From: Actinomycetota bacterium
GTDB taxonomy: Bacteria > Actinomycetota > Acidimicrobiia > Acidimicrobiales > JAJPHE01
Direction of reading: 5' to 3'
Length of the DNA: 64,000 bases
NCBI GenBank assembly: GCA_021325435.1
Contig: JAJPHE010000126.1
Coordinates: 27,791-91,790 of the forward strand
The notes below the pieces were generated by a model. That model was not told where the DNA came from. It worked only from the letters and a program-made list of their open reading frames with translations, and made no database searches. Shown piece after piece: positions 29,411 to 39,747 of this stretch; position 1 is the first letter of the stretch; every line of letters starts with the position of its first letter. The position numbers were made by a program, and so were the translations under genes.

Positions 29411-31063
29411 CTACTCGATGCTGAACAGGTACGGGTAGAGGGGCTGGCCGCCGTGGTGCACCTCGGCTGACACCATCGGGCGGTGCTCGGCGAGCCACTC
29501 GGTCACCCGGCGGGTGTCGGCGGCGCTCGACCCTTCACCCTCGATCAGGGTCACGATCTCGTGGTCGTCGGTCACCAGCTTGTCGAGCAGCCCGCAGGCC
29601 GCCTCCTCGAGGGTGGTGGCGACAACCTCGACACCGTGGCGCGACAGGCCCATCCAGTCACCCTCGTTGATGCTCCCGGCCGGGCTGTCGGAGGAGCGGA
29701 CGGCCCGCGTCACCTCGCCGGAGACGACCCGCGACGCCGCCTCTCGCATGGCTTCGGCATTGGCGTCACCGTCCGCCTCGGGGTCGTAGGCCAACAGGGC
29801 GGCGAATCCTTCGGCCACCCCTGAGGTCGGCACCACCCGCACCCGCTTGTCGGTCAACGAGGCGACCTGCTCGGCCACCGGGACGATGTTCTTGTTGTTG
29901 GGAAGGATGACCACCTGGTCGGCGGGCACCCTCTCGACCGCCTCGAGGATCTGGGCGGTGGAGGGGTTCATCGACTGACCCCCGGCGACCACCCCGTGAA
30001 CCCCGAGGGAGCGGAAGATGCGCCGGATACCGCCCCCGGTTCCCACGGCGACGACGGCGGTCGTCTGGGGCGCGGCGGGCCACTCCTCGTCCTCGGCAGC
30101 GGTGCCCGCCTCGCGGACCCACCGCTCCTCCTCCACCTGCTCGAGCAGGTCGGTCACCCGGATGTTTCGGGGCCGGCCGACGTCGAGGGCGGCCTCGATG
30201 GCGGCCCCGATGTCGTCGGTGTGGATGTGGCAGTTCCACAACCCGTCGCCGCCCACCACCACTATCGAGTCCCCGCAGCCGGCCCACACATCACGGAAGC
30301 CGGGCACCGACTCGTCGGCCGCCTCCAGCAGGTACATGACCTCGTAACGCAGGCCCGATATGTCCTCGCCTTCGCCGGCCGGCGGCTGGAACCGGGCCAG
30401 CTGGGTGCCGCTGGGGGCGGGAGGCTCGGGCAGGGGCCGCCCGGCCGTCACCTTGAGCAGGGCATCCACGAACAGCAGAAGGCCGGCGCCTCCGGCGTCC
30501 ACCACCCCGGCCTGCTTGAGAACGGGCAGCATCTCCGGCGTGCGGGCCAGGGCGTCGGCGCCCGCCTGCCGGACCCGGTCAAGCACGTCGACCAGGCCCA
30601 CCCCGTCGTCGACGGCCAGGCGGGCGGCGGCACCCATCTCGCGGGCCACGGTCAGGATGGTCCCCTCGACCGGGCGCATGACCGCCTTGTAGGCGGCCTC
30701 GCTGGCCGCGCACAGCCCGGCGGCCAGCTCGTCGGCCCCGGCAGAGTCGAGCCGCGACAGCTGGTCCGACAGGCCCCGGAGCACCTGGGACAGGATCACG
30801 CCGGAGTTGCCGCGTGCTCCCATCAGGGAGCCGTGGGCGATCGCCTTGCACACCGCCGGCATCTCCGTGGCCGCCCCGTCGATGGCCTGCAGCTCGCTCA
30901 CCACCGACTCGAGGGTGAGGGCCATGTTGGTGCCGGTGTCCCCGTCGGGCACGGGATAGACGTTCAGCCGGTTGATGGCGTCCTGGTGGGCGCGCAGGGC
31001 GTCGCGGTAGCTCGTAACGACCGCCACCAGGTCATCGGCGGCCAGCCGTTCGAGCGACTCCAT
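29411..31063 (-). CDS. DAK2-domain protein (FakA/YloV family)
   Basis: NVYPVPDGDTGTNM, GARGNSGVILSQ, GGQSMNPS, GGQPLYPY. Confidence 0.93.
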   Translation of the reverse strand: MESLERLAADDLVAVVTSYRDALRAHQDAINRLNVYPVPDGDTGTNMALTLESVVSELQAIDGAATEMPAVCKAIAHGSLMGARGNSGVILSQVLRGLSDQLSRLDSAGADELAAGLCAASEAAYKAVMRPVEGTILTVAREMGAAARLAVDDGVGLVDVLDRVRQAGADALARTPEMLPVLKQAGVVDAGGAGLLLFVDALLKVTAGRPLPEPPAPSGTQLARFQPPAGEGEDISGLRYEVMYLLEAADESVPGFRDVWAGCGDSIVVVGGDGLWNCHIHTDDIGAAIEAALDVGRPRNIRVTDLLEQVEEERWVREAGTAAEDEEWPAAPQTTAVVAVGTGGGIRRIFRSLGVHGVVAGGQSMNPSTAQILEAVERVPADQVVILPNNKNIVPVAEQVASLTDKRVRVVPTSGVAEGFAALLAYDPEADGDANAEAMREAASRVVSGEVTRAVRSSDSPAGSINEGDWMGLSRHGVEVVATTLEEAACGLLDKLVTDDHEIVTLIEGEGSSAADTRRVTEWLAEHRPMVSAEVHHGGQPLYPYLFSIE

Positions 31064-31122
31064 GGCCCGGGATGCTAACGTCTGGGGGTTCCCCAAAAGG
31101 ACCCGTCGGGAGGGTGCGCGTC

Positions 31123-31317
31123 ATGGCAGCGGTTTGCGAGGTGTGCGGCAAGCATCCCTCGTTCGGCATGAGCATCAGCCACTCTCATCGGCGCACCAAG
31201 CGGCGGTGGAACCCGAACATCCAGCGGGTCCGGGCCCTGGTGAACGGATCGCCCCGCCGCCTGCACGTCTGCACTTCCTGCATCCGCGCCGGCCGGGTCA
31301 CCAAGGTCGCCCGCTAG
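31123..31317 (+). CDS. rpmB: 50S ribosomal protein L28
   Basis: CEVCGK...SHSHRRTKRRWNPNIQ...CTSC. Confidence 0.96.
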   Translation: MAAVCEVCGKHPSFGMSISHSHRRTKRRWNPNIQRVRALVNGSPRRLHVCTSCIRAGRVTKVAR

Positions 31318-32252
31318 GCGGATCCCCGCCAGTGCTCGAACCCTGAGGGGTCCAGCCGGCGACCCTGCAGCTCGACCGAACCCGCCTCCTGGGTGCAGGC
31401 TCCGATCCGTACCGGCGGGGGCAGGCCCCTGTCGGCGAACGCCGAGCCCAACCGGTCGGGGTCGGGGCCGGTGAAGGCGAGCTCGTAGTCCTCGCCCCCT
31501 CCGAGCGCCTCCTCCTCCGTCGCCCCTTCGGCCACCGGCACCCGGTCGAGAGTGATCCCCACCCCGGAGGCCTCCGCCACCCTCGCCAGGTCGAGGGCGA
31601 GGCCGTCGGAGACGTCGATCATGGCTGTGGCCCCGCCGATCCGCGCCGCCTCCCCCTGGTCCAGGAGGGGGCGGGGCCGTCGGTGGGCGGCGACCAACCG
31701 GTCGGATCGGACGGCGCCGGCGGACCGCAGCGACCGCAGGCCGGCGGCCGAGGCTCCCAGGGGGCCGGTGACGAACACCGTGTCCCCCGCCTCCGCCCCC
31801 GACCGCAGCACGGGTCCCGGTCCGAGAGGCCCGACCTCTCCGGTGACGGCCACCGACACCAGGACGACCGGGGCGGCGGAGAGATCCCCTCCGACGACCG
31901 GGCAGCCGTAGGCGGCGGCCGCCTCGAGCAGCCCCTCGTACAACCCTTCCAGGTCCAGATGGGCCGGCCCGGCCACCGACACCAGGGCGTGGCCGGGGCG
32001 CCCGCCCATGGCGGCGAGGTCGCTCAGGTTGGCGGCCAGGGCCTTCCACCCCACGTCGGCGGCCGAGCACAGCCCCGGCTCCCAATGGACGCCTTCAACC
32101 ATCATGTCGGCGGCCAGCAGGAGGCGGGCGCCGGCCGGCGGCGGTCCGACCACGGCGGCGTCGTCGCCGATCCAGGCCTCGCCCGCCGGCGGGCGGGGCA
32201 GATGGTCAGCCAGCCAGGCCAGCGCGAACCGCTCACCCCCGCTGGCGCCCAT
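31314..32252 (-). CDS. thiL: Thiamine-monophosphate kinase
   Basis: [30 protein letters not shown]. Confidence 0.94.
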   Translation of the reverse strand: MGASGGERFALAWLADHLPRPPAGEAWIGDDAAVVGPPPAGARLLLAADMMVEGVHWEPGLCSAADVGWKALAANLSDLAAMGGRPGHALVSVAGPAHLDLEGLYEGLLEAAAAYGCPVVGGDLSAAPVVLVSVAVTGEVGPLGPGPVLRSGAEAGDTVFVTGPLGASAAGLRSLRSAGAVRSDRLVAAHRRPRPLLDQGEAARIGGATAMIDVSDGLALDLARVAEASGVGITLDRVPVAEGATEEEALGGGEDYELAFTGPDPDRLGSAFADRGLPPPVRIGACTQEAGSVELQGRRLDPSGFEHWRGSA

Positions 32253-32412
32253 GGGGCCAGGCTATGGGCCCGGCGGGGGCGGACGGCGGGGGATTGGAAG
32301 GCGCCCTCGGCGGGGAACGCTCCCGCGGCGAATTGGGAGCGGCTGGGGAGGCGGCCCTAGCATCTTCGGATCCGATCGATCCGCGCAACGGCGCGTGGAG
32401 GAGGGCGAGAGA

Positions 32413-34218
32413 GTGTCGTCGGTTCCCCCGACCAACCACAGGAAGCTCATCGAGTGGGTGGAGGAGATCGCCGAGCTCACCCAGCCCGAGCGCGTCGAGT
32501 GGTGTGACGGCTCGGCCGAGGAGTACGACCGGCTGGCCCAGCTCCTGGTCGACCAGGGCACATTCACCCGGCTGTCGGACGCCAAGCGGCCCAACAGCTA
32601 CTGGGCCCACTCGGACCCGGCTGACGTGGCCCGGGTCGAGGACCGCACGTTCATCTGCTCTCAGCGTCCCGAGGATGCCGGCCCCACCAACAACTGGCGT
32701 GACCCGGTGGAGATGCGCGAGACGCTGCGGGGGTTGTTCCGAGGCTCGATGCGGGGACGCACCATGTACGTCGTCCCGTTCTCCATGGGACCCCTCGGCT
32801 CGCCGATCGCCCACATCGGCGTGCAGCTAACCGATTCGCCCTACGTGGCGGTGAACATGCGGATCATGACCCGCATGGGCACCGGGGCCCTGGAGGTTCT
32901 GGGCGACGACGGTGTGTTCGTGCCCTGCCTGCACTCGGTGGGCGCCCCCCTCGAGCCCGGCCAGGACGACGTCCCGTGGCCGTGCAACTCGGAGAACAAG
33001 TACATCGTCCACTTCCCCGACACCCGCGAGATCTGGTCCTACGGGTCCGGCTACGGCGGCAACGCCCTGCTCGGCAAGAAGTGCTTCGCCCTTCGCATCG
33101 CGTCGGTCATGGCCCGCGACGAGGGGTGGCTGGCGGAGCACATGCTCATCCTCAAGTTGACCTCCCCTGCCGGTGAGACCCGCTACATCACCGGCGCCTT
33201 CCCTTCCGCCTGCGGCAAGACCAACCTGGCCATGCTGGTGCCGACGCTGCCGGGCTGGAAGGTCGAGACGGTCGGCGACGACATCTGCTGGATGAAGTTC
33301 GGCGCCGATGGCCGGCTCTACGCCATCAACCCGGAGGCGGGGTTCTTCGGCGTGGCCCCCGGCACCAGCAACTCGACCAACCCCAACGCCATGCTGACCC
33401 TCGACGCCAACTGCATCTTCACCAACACCGCCCTCACCGACGACGGCGACGTGTGGTGGGAGGGCATGGACGGCGACGCACCCGCCCACCTCACCGACTG
33501 GCAGGGCAACGACTGGACGCCCGGCTCGGGCCGGCCGGCCGCCCACCCCAACGCCCGTTTCACCGCCCCGGCCAGCCAGGACCCGGCCATCGCACCGGAG
33601 TGGGAGGACCCCGCCGGGGTGCCGATCTCCGCCATCCTGTTCGGGGGACGGCGTTCGTCGGTGGTGCCCCTCGTGTTCGAGGCGTTCGACTGGCAGCACG
33701 GCGTGTTCCTCGGCTCGATCATGGCTTCGGAGACCACGGCGGCGGCCGCCGGCGCCGTCGGCAACCTGCGGCGCGACCCGTTCGCCATGCTTCCGTTCTG
33801 CGGCTACAACATGGCCGACTACTTCGCCCACTGGCTAAGGGTCGGGGCCAGCTCCTCCCATCCCGAGCGGCTGCCGAAGGTCTTCTACGTCAACTGGTTT
33901 CGCAAGGACGAGAACGGCCGCTGGCTGTGGCCCGGCTACGGCGAGAACAGCCGGGTTCTCGAGTGGGTGTTCGAGCGGGTCGCCGGACGGGGGGACGCGG
34001 TGGACACTCCCATCGGCCGGGTGCCTGCGCCCGGCGCCCTCGACCTCGACGGTCTCGACGTGACCGCCGAGGACCTGACCGAGCTGTTGAGGGTCGACCC
34101 CGAGGACTGGCGGGCCGAGGTGCCCCTCATCCAGGAGCACTACAGCCGCTTCGGGGACCGGCTGCCCCAAGAGCTGCGCGACGAGCTCGAGGCCCTGGCC
34201 AAGCGGTTGCAGGGATAG
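32413..34218 (+). CDS. pckG: PEP carboxykinase (GTP)
   Basis: [36 protein letters not shown]. Confidence 0.96.
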   Translation: MSSVPPTNHRKLIEWVEEIAELTQPERVEWCDGSAEEYDRLAQLLVDQGTFTRLSDAKRPNSYWAHSDPADVARVEDRTFICSQRPEDAGPTNNWRDPVEMRETLRGLFRGSMRGRTMYVVPFSMGPLGSPIAHIGVQLTDSPYVAVNMRIMTRMGTGALEVLGDDGVFVPCLHSVGAPLEPGQDDVPWPCNSENKYIVHFPDTREIWSYGSGYGGNALLGKKCFALRIASVMARDEGWLAEHMLILKLTSPAGETRYITGAFPSACGKTNLAMLVPTLPGWKVETVGDDICWMKFGADGRLYAINPEAGFFGVAPGTSNSTNPNAMLTLDANCIFTNTALTDDGDVWWEGMDGDAPAHLTDWQGNDWTPGSGRPAAHPNARFTAPASQDPAIAPEWEDPAGVPISAILFGGRRSSVVPLVFEAFDWQHGVFLGSIMASETTAAAAGAVGNLRRDPFAMLPFCGYNMADYFAHWLRVGASSSHPERLPKVFYVNWFRKDENGRWLWPGYGENSRVLEWVFERVAGRGDAVDTPIGRVPAPGALDLDGLDVTAEDLTELLRVDPEDWRAEVPLIQEHYSRFGDRLPQELRDELEALAKRLQG

Positions 34219-34281
34219 CATCGCCGCGCCGGGCCTGACCCCGGTACCGCCAAGCGCCGAGGCGCCGTTCGAGGAGGCTCA

Positions 34282-34518
34282 GTGGCCGTCCACGCCTACG
34301 TCCTGATCCAGACCGAGGTGGGCAAGGCGGCCCAGGTCGCCTCGCAGGTGTCGGGGATCCCCGGCGTCGTGTCGGCCGAGGACGTGACCGGCCCCTACGA
34401 CGTCATCGTTCGGGCCGAGGCCAACTCGGTGGACGAGCTCGGCAAGATGGTGGTGAGCAAGGTGCAGATGGTGGACGGGATCACCCGCACCCTCACCTGC
34501 CCGGTCGTGAATCTCTGA
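34282..34518 (+). CDS. Lrp/AsnC ligand-binding domain protein
   Basis: AYVLIQTEVGKA, VTGPYDVI, ITRTLTCPVV. Confidence 0.9.
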   Translation: MAVHAYVLIQTEVGKAAQVASQVSGIPGVVSAEDVTGPYDVIVRAEANSVDELGKMVVSKVQMVDGITRTLTCPVVNL

Positions 34519-34579
34519 TCGGCCGGCGCCGGCAAAACCGGTAGGAACAGCCAGGCGCGCGCCTGTCAGACTGCCCGGC

Positions 34580-35464
34580 GTGCAGCTGGCGGAGCCCGAC
34601 CGGGCCGGCTTCGTGGAGGTGAACCGAACCCGGCTGCGGGTGTGGGAGTGGGGTGATCCGGCCGACCCGCCGGTGATCTGCGCCCACGGCGCCCATGACC
34701 ACGGCCGGATGTGGGACGACTTCGCCCCTCGCCTGGCCCGGCTCGGGTACCGGGTGGTGGCTCCCGACCTGCGGGGCCATGGTGACAGCGGCCGGGTGTC
34801 CTCGGGGCACGTCTGGTCCTCGTCGGCGCTCGACCTGGCCCTGCTGGCCCGCCACCTCGGCCCCCCGGTGGGCATGGTCGGCCACTCGTTCGGTGGCGGC
34901 CAGGTCGGCTATGTGGCGGCGGTGTGGCCCGAGCTGGTGCGCTGGGTCGTGAACCTGGACGGACTGGGCCCCCCGGCCGGCGCCTTCGAGGAGGCCGACC
35001 TGGTCGAGATGGCCACCCGGTCTCTGCAGGCGGCCCACCGGGCGCTGTCGGGCGCCCCCCGGGTCTACCCGACGCTCGATGACATGGCCGAGCGACGGGC
35101 CCAGGTCAACGTGCGGCTGCCCCGACCGTGGCTCGACCACCTGGTGGTTCATGGGGCCTCCCCGGTCGACGGGGGCTACCGGTGGAAGACCGACCCGATG
35201 TTCGGCGCCGGCATCCCCGACGACTTCTCCCTCGACCACCTGCGGGCCGAGCTCAGCGGCGTGACCTGTCCGGTCCTGGTGCTGACCGGGGCCGAGCACG
35301 ACACGTGGAGCGAGCTGACGCCCGAGCAGGTCGAGGAGCGGCTGGCCTGGATGCCCAACGCCCGCCACCACGTCATCCCGGGCGCCGGCCACTACGTCCA
35401 CGTCGAAGCGCCCGAGGCGGTCTTCGCCGAGGTGGCCTCCTTCCTGCGGGAGGTCCGCGGTTGA
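34580..35464 (+). CDS. Alpha/beta hydrolase
   Basis: DLRGHGDS, GHSFGG, GAGHYVH. Confidence 0.9.
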   Translation: MQLAEPDRAGFVEVNRTRLRVWEWGDPADPPVICAHGAHDHGRMWDDFAPRLARLGYRVVAPDLRGHGDSGRVSSGHVWSSSALDLALLARHLGPPVGMVGHSFGGGQVGYVAAVWPELVRWVVNLDGLGPPAGAFEEADLVEMATRSLQAAHRALSGAPRVYPTLDDMAERRAQVNVRLPRPWLDHLVVHGASPVDGGYRWKTDPMFGAGIPDDFSLDHLRAELSGVTCPVLVLTGAEHDTWSELTPEQVEERLAWMPNARHHVIPGAGHYVHVEAPEAVFAEVASFLREVRG

Positions 35465-36129
35465 GCGCCGGCCTGCCCCTCCTCGTGCTCCACGACTTCG
35501 GGGATCCGGCCGCCGGCGGCCCGTGGGTATCCGCCCTGCAGGAATCCGGTTGGCCCGGGGCGGTGCACGGCCCCGAGCTCCCCGGCCACGGCTCCTCGCC
35601 AGGGCTGCCGGGCAACTACGAGTCGTCCGACATCGCACTCAGCGCCCTCCGGGCCCTGGCCGATCAGCAGTGGGAGCGACCGGTGGTGCTGGGGGTCGGC
35701 GCCAGCGGTTGGCCGGCCCAGGTGCTCGCCCTAGGTGGGCGGGCGGCGGCGGTCGTGCTGGTAGACGGCCTCGGCGGCCCGTGGGCGGACGCCGAGGAGG
35801 TCATCGACGCCGGTCGCCGGTGGCTGCGGGCCATAGCCGACGACCCCGAGGCCCACGCCCCGCCGGTGCCGGGCCGCCCCGATCCCCGGGTGCGCCACGG
35901 AATCAGCGCCCAGCGCAGTCGGGCCCTGGCCGAGCGGGCGGCCGCCGCCATGCCCGTCCCCGCCCTGCTGGTGGTGACGGGGGCGAGTCCGCTTCCGGAG
36001 GCCGAGGCGGGCCGGCTGGCGTCCCTCTTCCCGTCGGGGGCCGTGCTGGCCAGGGCGACCGACCCCTCCCCGGGGTCGGTGGCTGGCTTGGTGGCGGAGT
36101 GGGGCAGGGCGCTCGCCAGTCAGGCGTGA
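35461..36129 (+). CDS. Degenerate alpha/beta hydrolase-fold protein
   Basis: LVLHD, ELPGHGSS; elbow reads GVGASG; TTG start overlaps the upstream stop. Confidence 0.65.
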   Translation: MSAGLPLLVLHDFGDPAAGGPWVSALQESGWPGAVHGPELPGHGSSPGLPGNYESSDIALSALRALADQQWERPVVLGVGASGWPAQVLALGGRAAAVVLVDGLGGPWADAEEVIDAGRRWLRAIADDPEAHAPPVPGRPDPRVRHGISAQRSRALAERAAAAMPVPALLVVTGASPLPEAEAGRLASLFPSGAVLARATDPSPGSVAGLVAEWGRALASQA

Positions 36130-36164
36130 CTGCCTGAGGGACCCGGCGCTACCCGGGCGCTCGG

Positions 36165-36992
36165 CTAATCGACAGTGGGATGGGCGGCGGCGATCATCGC
36201 CTCCGCCTCGCGCTGGGCCTCAGCGGCCACGTCGACCAGCTCGACGATCTCGCCCTCGGAAAAGCCGGCCATCTGGCGGAACCGGCGGGCGAGATGGACA
36301 GGGTTCTCGTCGGCCTCCCCGCGGAAGCCACCGAGGCTGAACAGCTTGTCGACCGTGCGCTGGAACTCGAGCGCCCGAGTCTGGCGTTCCTTGTCGTCCG
36401 CCGTGACCCGACGCAGCCAGTCCGAGCCCATCTTCACGTGGGTCACCTCGTCGGCCAGCATCCAGTCCTCGCAGAAGAACAGAACCGGGTCGGCCACGGC
36501 GTCGCCGTAGTCGCGCATGGTGTTGAACACGTCGATGGCCAGGCCCTCGAGGGCCCGGTTGACGCCGGTGAGACGGAGGATGGGGTCGGCGTTGCAGGCG
36601 GCCTCGAACAGGAAGGTCTGCTCGGCGAACTCTCCCACCTGCGATCCCATGTGCTCGGTCAGCTTCACCGAGATCTCGACGTGGCGGGCCTCGTCCCAGC
36701 ACTGCCGGGCCATGTCCAGCTTGAGGGCGTAGGGGACCTCGTCGGGACCGGTGCCGACCTCGAAGTCGTAGCACGTGCGCCCGGCCCCCTCGAGGGCCTG
36801 GACCTCGCCCATGAAGATGCCGTGCATGAGCTGACGGGCGGCGTCGGGGGACTCCGAGTCGGTCGGCTTGAAGGGGTTCTCGCTGCGGTTGCGCGAGACC
36901 GCGTTGCGGGGGTCGAACACGGCGTCCTCGATGCGGGTCCGGACGAACCGGGCATCGCGGGCCAGATCGTCCACCGTGAGCATCCGCTTCAT
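36165..36992 (-). CDS. Ferritin-like diiron protein (DUF455-like)
   Basis: Two DExxH motifs (DEARH, DEVTH) plus helix glutamates; strong RBS AGGAGG. Confidence 0.75.
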   Translation of the reverse strand: MKRMLTVDDLARDARFVRTRIEDAVFDPRNAVSRNRSENPFKPTDSESPDAARQLMHGIFMGEVQALEGAGRTCYDFEVGTGPDEVPYALKLDMARQCWDEARHVEISVKLTEHMGSQVGEFAEQTFLFEAACNADPILRLTGVNRALEGLAIDVFNTMRDYGDAVADPVLFFCEDWMLADEVTHVKMGSDWLRRVTADDKERQTRALEFQRTVDKLFSLGGFRGEADENPVHLARRFRQMAGFSEGEIVELVDVAAEAQREAEAMIAAAHPTVD

Positions 36993-37068
36993 GGGTTCCC
37001 CTCCTCTGACAGCTGCGTCAATCCTAACCGGCCGGCAGGTACTGCCAAACTCAGGACTCCGCCCGCCG

Positions 37069-37617
37069 TCAGCGCACGACCGTTTCCGCCTCGCTGCCCC
37101 GCTGCACCACGGTCAGGGTCCCCCCGCTGGAGTCGAGCACCGTGGTCGAGCAGTACCCGGGCCGGAAGCACGTGACCCGGCGGTCGCCGGTGGCGTGGCC
37201 GACGGCGGCGTTGATGGCCACGAAGTGGGTGACCACCACCGCGTCGGACTCGAGTCCGAGAAGGGCTTCGACCACCCCCCGGCGCCACTGGTGGAGGACG
37301 GCCGGCTGGTCCTCCCACGCTCCGGCGAGCACGCCGGCCAACCAGGCGCCCCGCTGGGCGAGCGGGAGGCCCGGAGACGGGATCTCACCCACCCGCGGTT
37401 CCACCCGGGCCGTCACCGACCAGGCCCGCTCGAGGGCGGCGGCGGTGGCCCGGGTGCGGCGCAGGGGGCTGGCGAGCAGGGTGAGGGGACCGGCCGGGGC
37501 CAGGGCGGCGGCCATGTGCTCCGCCTGGAGGGCCCCCTCCTCGTCGAGGGTGGGGTCGGGGTCCTCGTCCCAGCGGGCCGCGGCCCGACCGTGGCGGACC
37601 AACGTGAGCCTCGGCAC
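37069..37617 (-). CDS. Histidine phosphatase family protein
   Basis: LVRHG, SPLRRT, VTHFVAIN. Confidence 0.88.
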   Translation of the reverse strand: MPRLTLVRHGRAAARWDEDPDPTLDEEGALQAEHMAAALAPAGPLTLLASPLRRTRATAAALERAWSVTARVEPRVGEIPSPGLPLAQRGAWLAGVLAGAWEDQPAVLHQWRRGVVEALLGLESDAVVVTHFVAINAAVGHATGDRRVTCFRPGYCSTTVLDSSGGTLTVVQRGSEAETVVR

Positions 37618-37618
37618 G

Positions 37619-38764
37619 TCAGGCGACGGCGCCGGCCTGCCTCAGCTTGGCGATCTCCTCCTCGCCGAAGCCGAAGTCGGCAAGCACCGCGTCGGTGTGC
37701 TGGCCGGCGTGGGCCGGGGGTCCGGCCACCTCGACGCCCGTCCGGCTGAACCGGGGAGCGGGTGCCGGCTGGCGCACGCCCGCCACCTCGACGAAGGTCT
37801 GGCGTTGGCGGTTGTGGGGGTGATCGTAGGCCTCGGTGATGCTCAGCACCGGGGCGAAGCAGACGTCGGTGCCTTCCATCAGCCGGCACCACTCCTCGCG
37901 GGTCTTGGCCCGGAACACCTCGGCCAGCCGCTCCTTCATCGCCGGCCACTGCGAGCGGTCCATCTGGTGCGGCAGCTCGGCGTCGGCCAGGCCGGTGAGA
38001 CGCAGCAGCTCGGCGTAGAACTGGGGCTCGATCGATCCGATCGATACGTACTTGCCGTCGGCACATTCGTACACGTCGTAGAAGTGGGCGCCGGTGTCGA
38101 GCAGGTTGGTCCCCCGCTCCTCGCTCCATAGCCCCATGGCCGAAAGGCCGTGGAACAGGGCCATGAGCACAGCCGCCCCGTCCACCATGGCCGCGTCGAC
38201 GACCTGGCCCTCACCGCTGCTGCGGGCGCTGAGCAGGGCGCACACGACGCCGAAGGCCAGCAGCATGCCGCCCCCGCCGAAGTCACCCACCAGGTTGAGG
38301 GGCGGCACCGGGGCCGCTCCGGCACGGCCGATGGGGTCGAGGGCCCCGGCCAGGGCGATGTAGTTGATGTCGTGTCCGGCGGTCGGGGCGTAGGGGCCGT
38401 CCTGGCCCCAGCCGGTCATCCGCCCGTAGACGAGCGCCGGGTTGCGGGCCATGCAGTCCTCGGGGCCGATGCCCAGCCGCTCGGCCACCCCGGGGCGGAA
38501 ACCCTCGATCAGGGCATCGGCCCGCTCCACCAGTCGCAGCACGGTCTGCACACCGTCGGGATGCTTGAGGTCCACCCCGATGGAACGCCGGCCCCGGTTC
38601 AGGACGTCCATGGGCGGCCGGTCGGGGTCACCACCGCGCACCGACTGGGCCCGGTCCACCCGGATCACCTCGGCGCCCATGTCCGACAGCATCATGGCGG
38701 CGAACGGGCCGGGCCCGATGCCGGCGATCTCGATGACGCGAACGCCGCTGAGGGGGCCGCTCAC
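37619..38764 (-). CDS. CaiB/BaiF family III CoA-transferase (alpha-methylacyl-CoA racemase-like)
   Basis: [44 protein letters not shown]. Confidence 0.92.
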   Translation of the reverse strand: MSGPLSGVRVIEIAGIGPGPFAAMMLSDMGAEVIRVDRAQSVRGGDPDRPPMDVLNRGRRSIGVDLKHPDGVQTVLRLVERADALIEGFRPGVAERLGIGPEDCMARNPALVYGRMTGWGQDGPYAPTAGHDINYIALAGALDPIGRAGAAPVPPLNLVGDFGGGGMLLAFGVVCALLSARSSGEGQVVDAAMVDGAAVLMALFHGLSAMGLWSEERGTNLLDTGAHFYDVYECADGKYVSIGSIEPQFYAELLRLTGLADAELPHQMDRSQWPAMKERLAEVFRAKTREEWCRLMEGTDVCFAPVLSITEAYDHPHNRQRQTFVEVAGVRQPAPAPRFSRTGVEVAGPPAHAGQHTDAVLADFGFGEEEIAKLRQAGAVA

Positions 38765-39681
38765 GAGCGCACCTGCGCCCGAGCCGCGTTGGCCACCACG
38801 GCCTCGACGATCTGGGCCCAGGCTCCCTGGGGTAGGTCGTGGCCCATGCCCGGGATGACCAGCAGCTCGGCGCCGGGGATGGCCCTGGCCGTGGCCTGCC
38901 CACCGCTCGCCTGGACCAGGGGGTCGTCGGCGCCGTGGATGACGAGGGCGGGCACGTCCAGGGAGCGCAGGGCCGGCGTGCGATCGGGCGAGGCGACGAT
39001 GGCAACCAACTGCCGGGCCGTGCCCGCCGGGTGGTAGCCTCGATCGAAAGCGGTGGCCGCCCGCCGGCGCACCCGGTCCTCGTCGAAGGGGAAGCCGGGC
39101 GAACCGATGACGCGGGATGCCCTGACCGCCGCCTCCACGTATCCGTCGCGATCCGCCGGTGGGCGTTCGAGCAGAGCGGCCATCGCCTCCGGCGTGGGGC
39201 CACCGACCGAGGGGTCCCCGGTGGTCGACATGATCGAGCAGAGGCTGAGGACGCGCTCCGGATGGCGGATGGCGAGGGCCTGCACGATCATGCCGCCCAT
39301 TGACGCTCCGACCACGTGGGCCGCGGCGATCCCCAGGGCGTCGAGCAGCCCGGCGGCGTCGTCGGCCAAGTCATCCAGGAGGTACGGCGCATCGATGTTG
39401 GCGGGGGCGTCCGGATCGGCCATCCGGGCGATGAAGGCCTGTTGCACCATGCCGGCGGCGTCGGGTTCCCCGCCGGCGTGGTCGAACCAGGTCGAGCGGC
39501 CGACGTCGCGGTTGTCGTAGCGGATGACGTGGTATCCCTCGTCGGCCAGCAGCTGACAGAACCGCTCGTCCCAGGAGATCATCTGGGCTCCGAGGCCCAT
39601 GACGAGTAGCAGGGCGGGTCGGTCGTTGTCGCCGAAGGTCTCGTACTCGATCTCTATCCCGTTGGCGTTGGCGCGCGGCAT
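38761..39681 (-). CDS. Alpha/beta hydrolase
   Basis: [21 protein letters not shown]. Confidence 0.9.
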   Translation of the reverse strand: MPRANANGIEIEYETFGDNDRPALLLVMGLGAQMISWDERFCQLLADEGYHVIRYDNRDVGRSTWFDHAGGEPDAAGMVQQAFIARMADPDAPANIDAPYLLDDLADDAAGLLDALGIAAAHVVGASMGGMIVQALAIRHPERVLSLCSIMSTTGDPSVGGPTPEAMAALLERPPADRDGYVEAAVRASRVIGSPGFPFDEDRVRRRAATAFDRGYHPAGTARQLVAIVASPDRTPALRSLDVPALVIHGADDPLVQASGGQATARAIPGAELLVIPGMGHDLPQGAWAQIVEAVVANAARAQVRS

Positions 39682-39701
39682 GGGCCCGATGCTGTCGCCG
39701 C

Positions 39702-39719
39702 CTTGACCGCGCGGTCAAG
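39702..39719. promoter_or_regulatory. Perfect 18-bp palindrome between divergent operons (putative operator)
   Basis: CTTGACCGCGCGGTCAAG is its own reverse complement. Confidence 0.6.
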
Positions 39720-39747
39720 CGACGGGCCCGTGACATGCTGGGCTACC

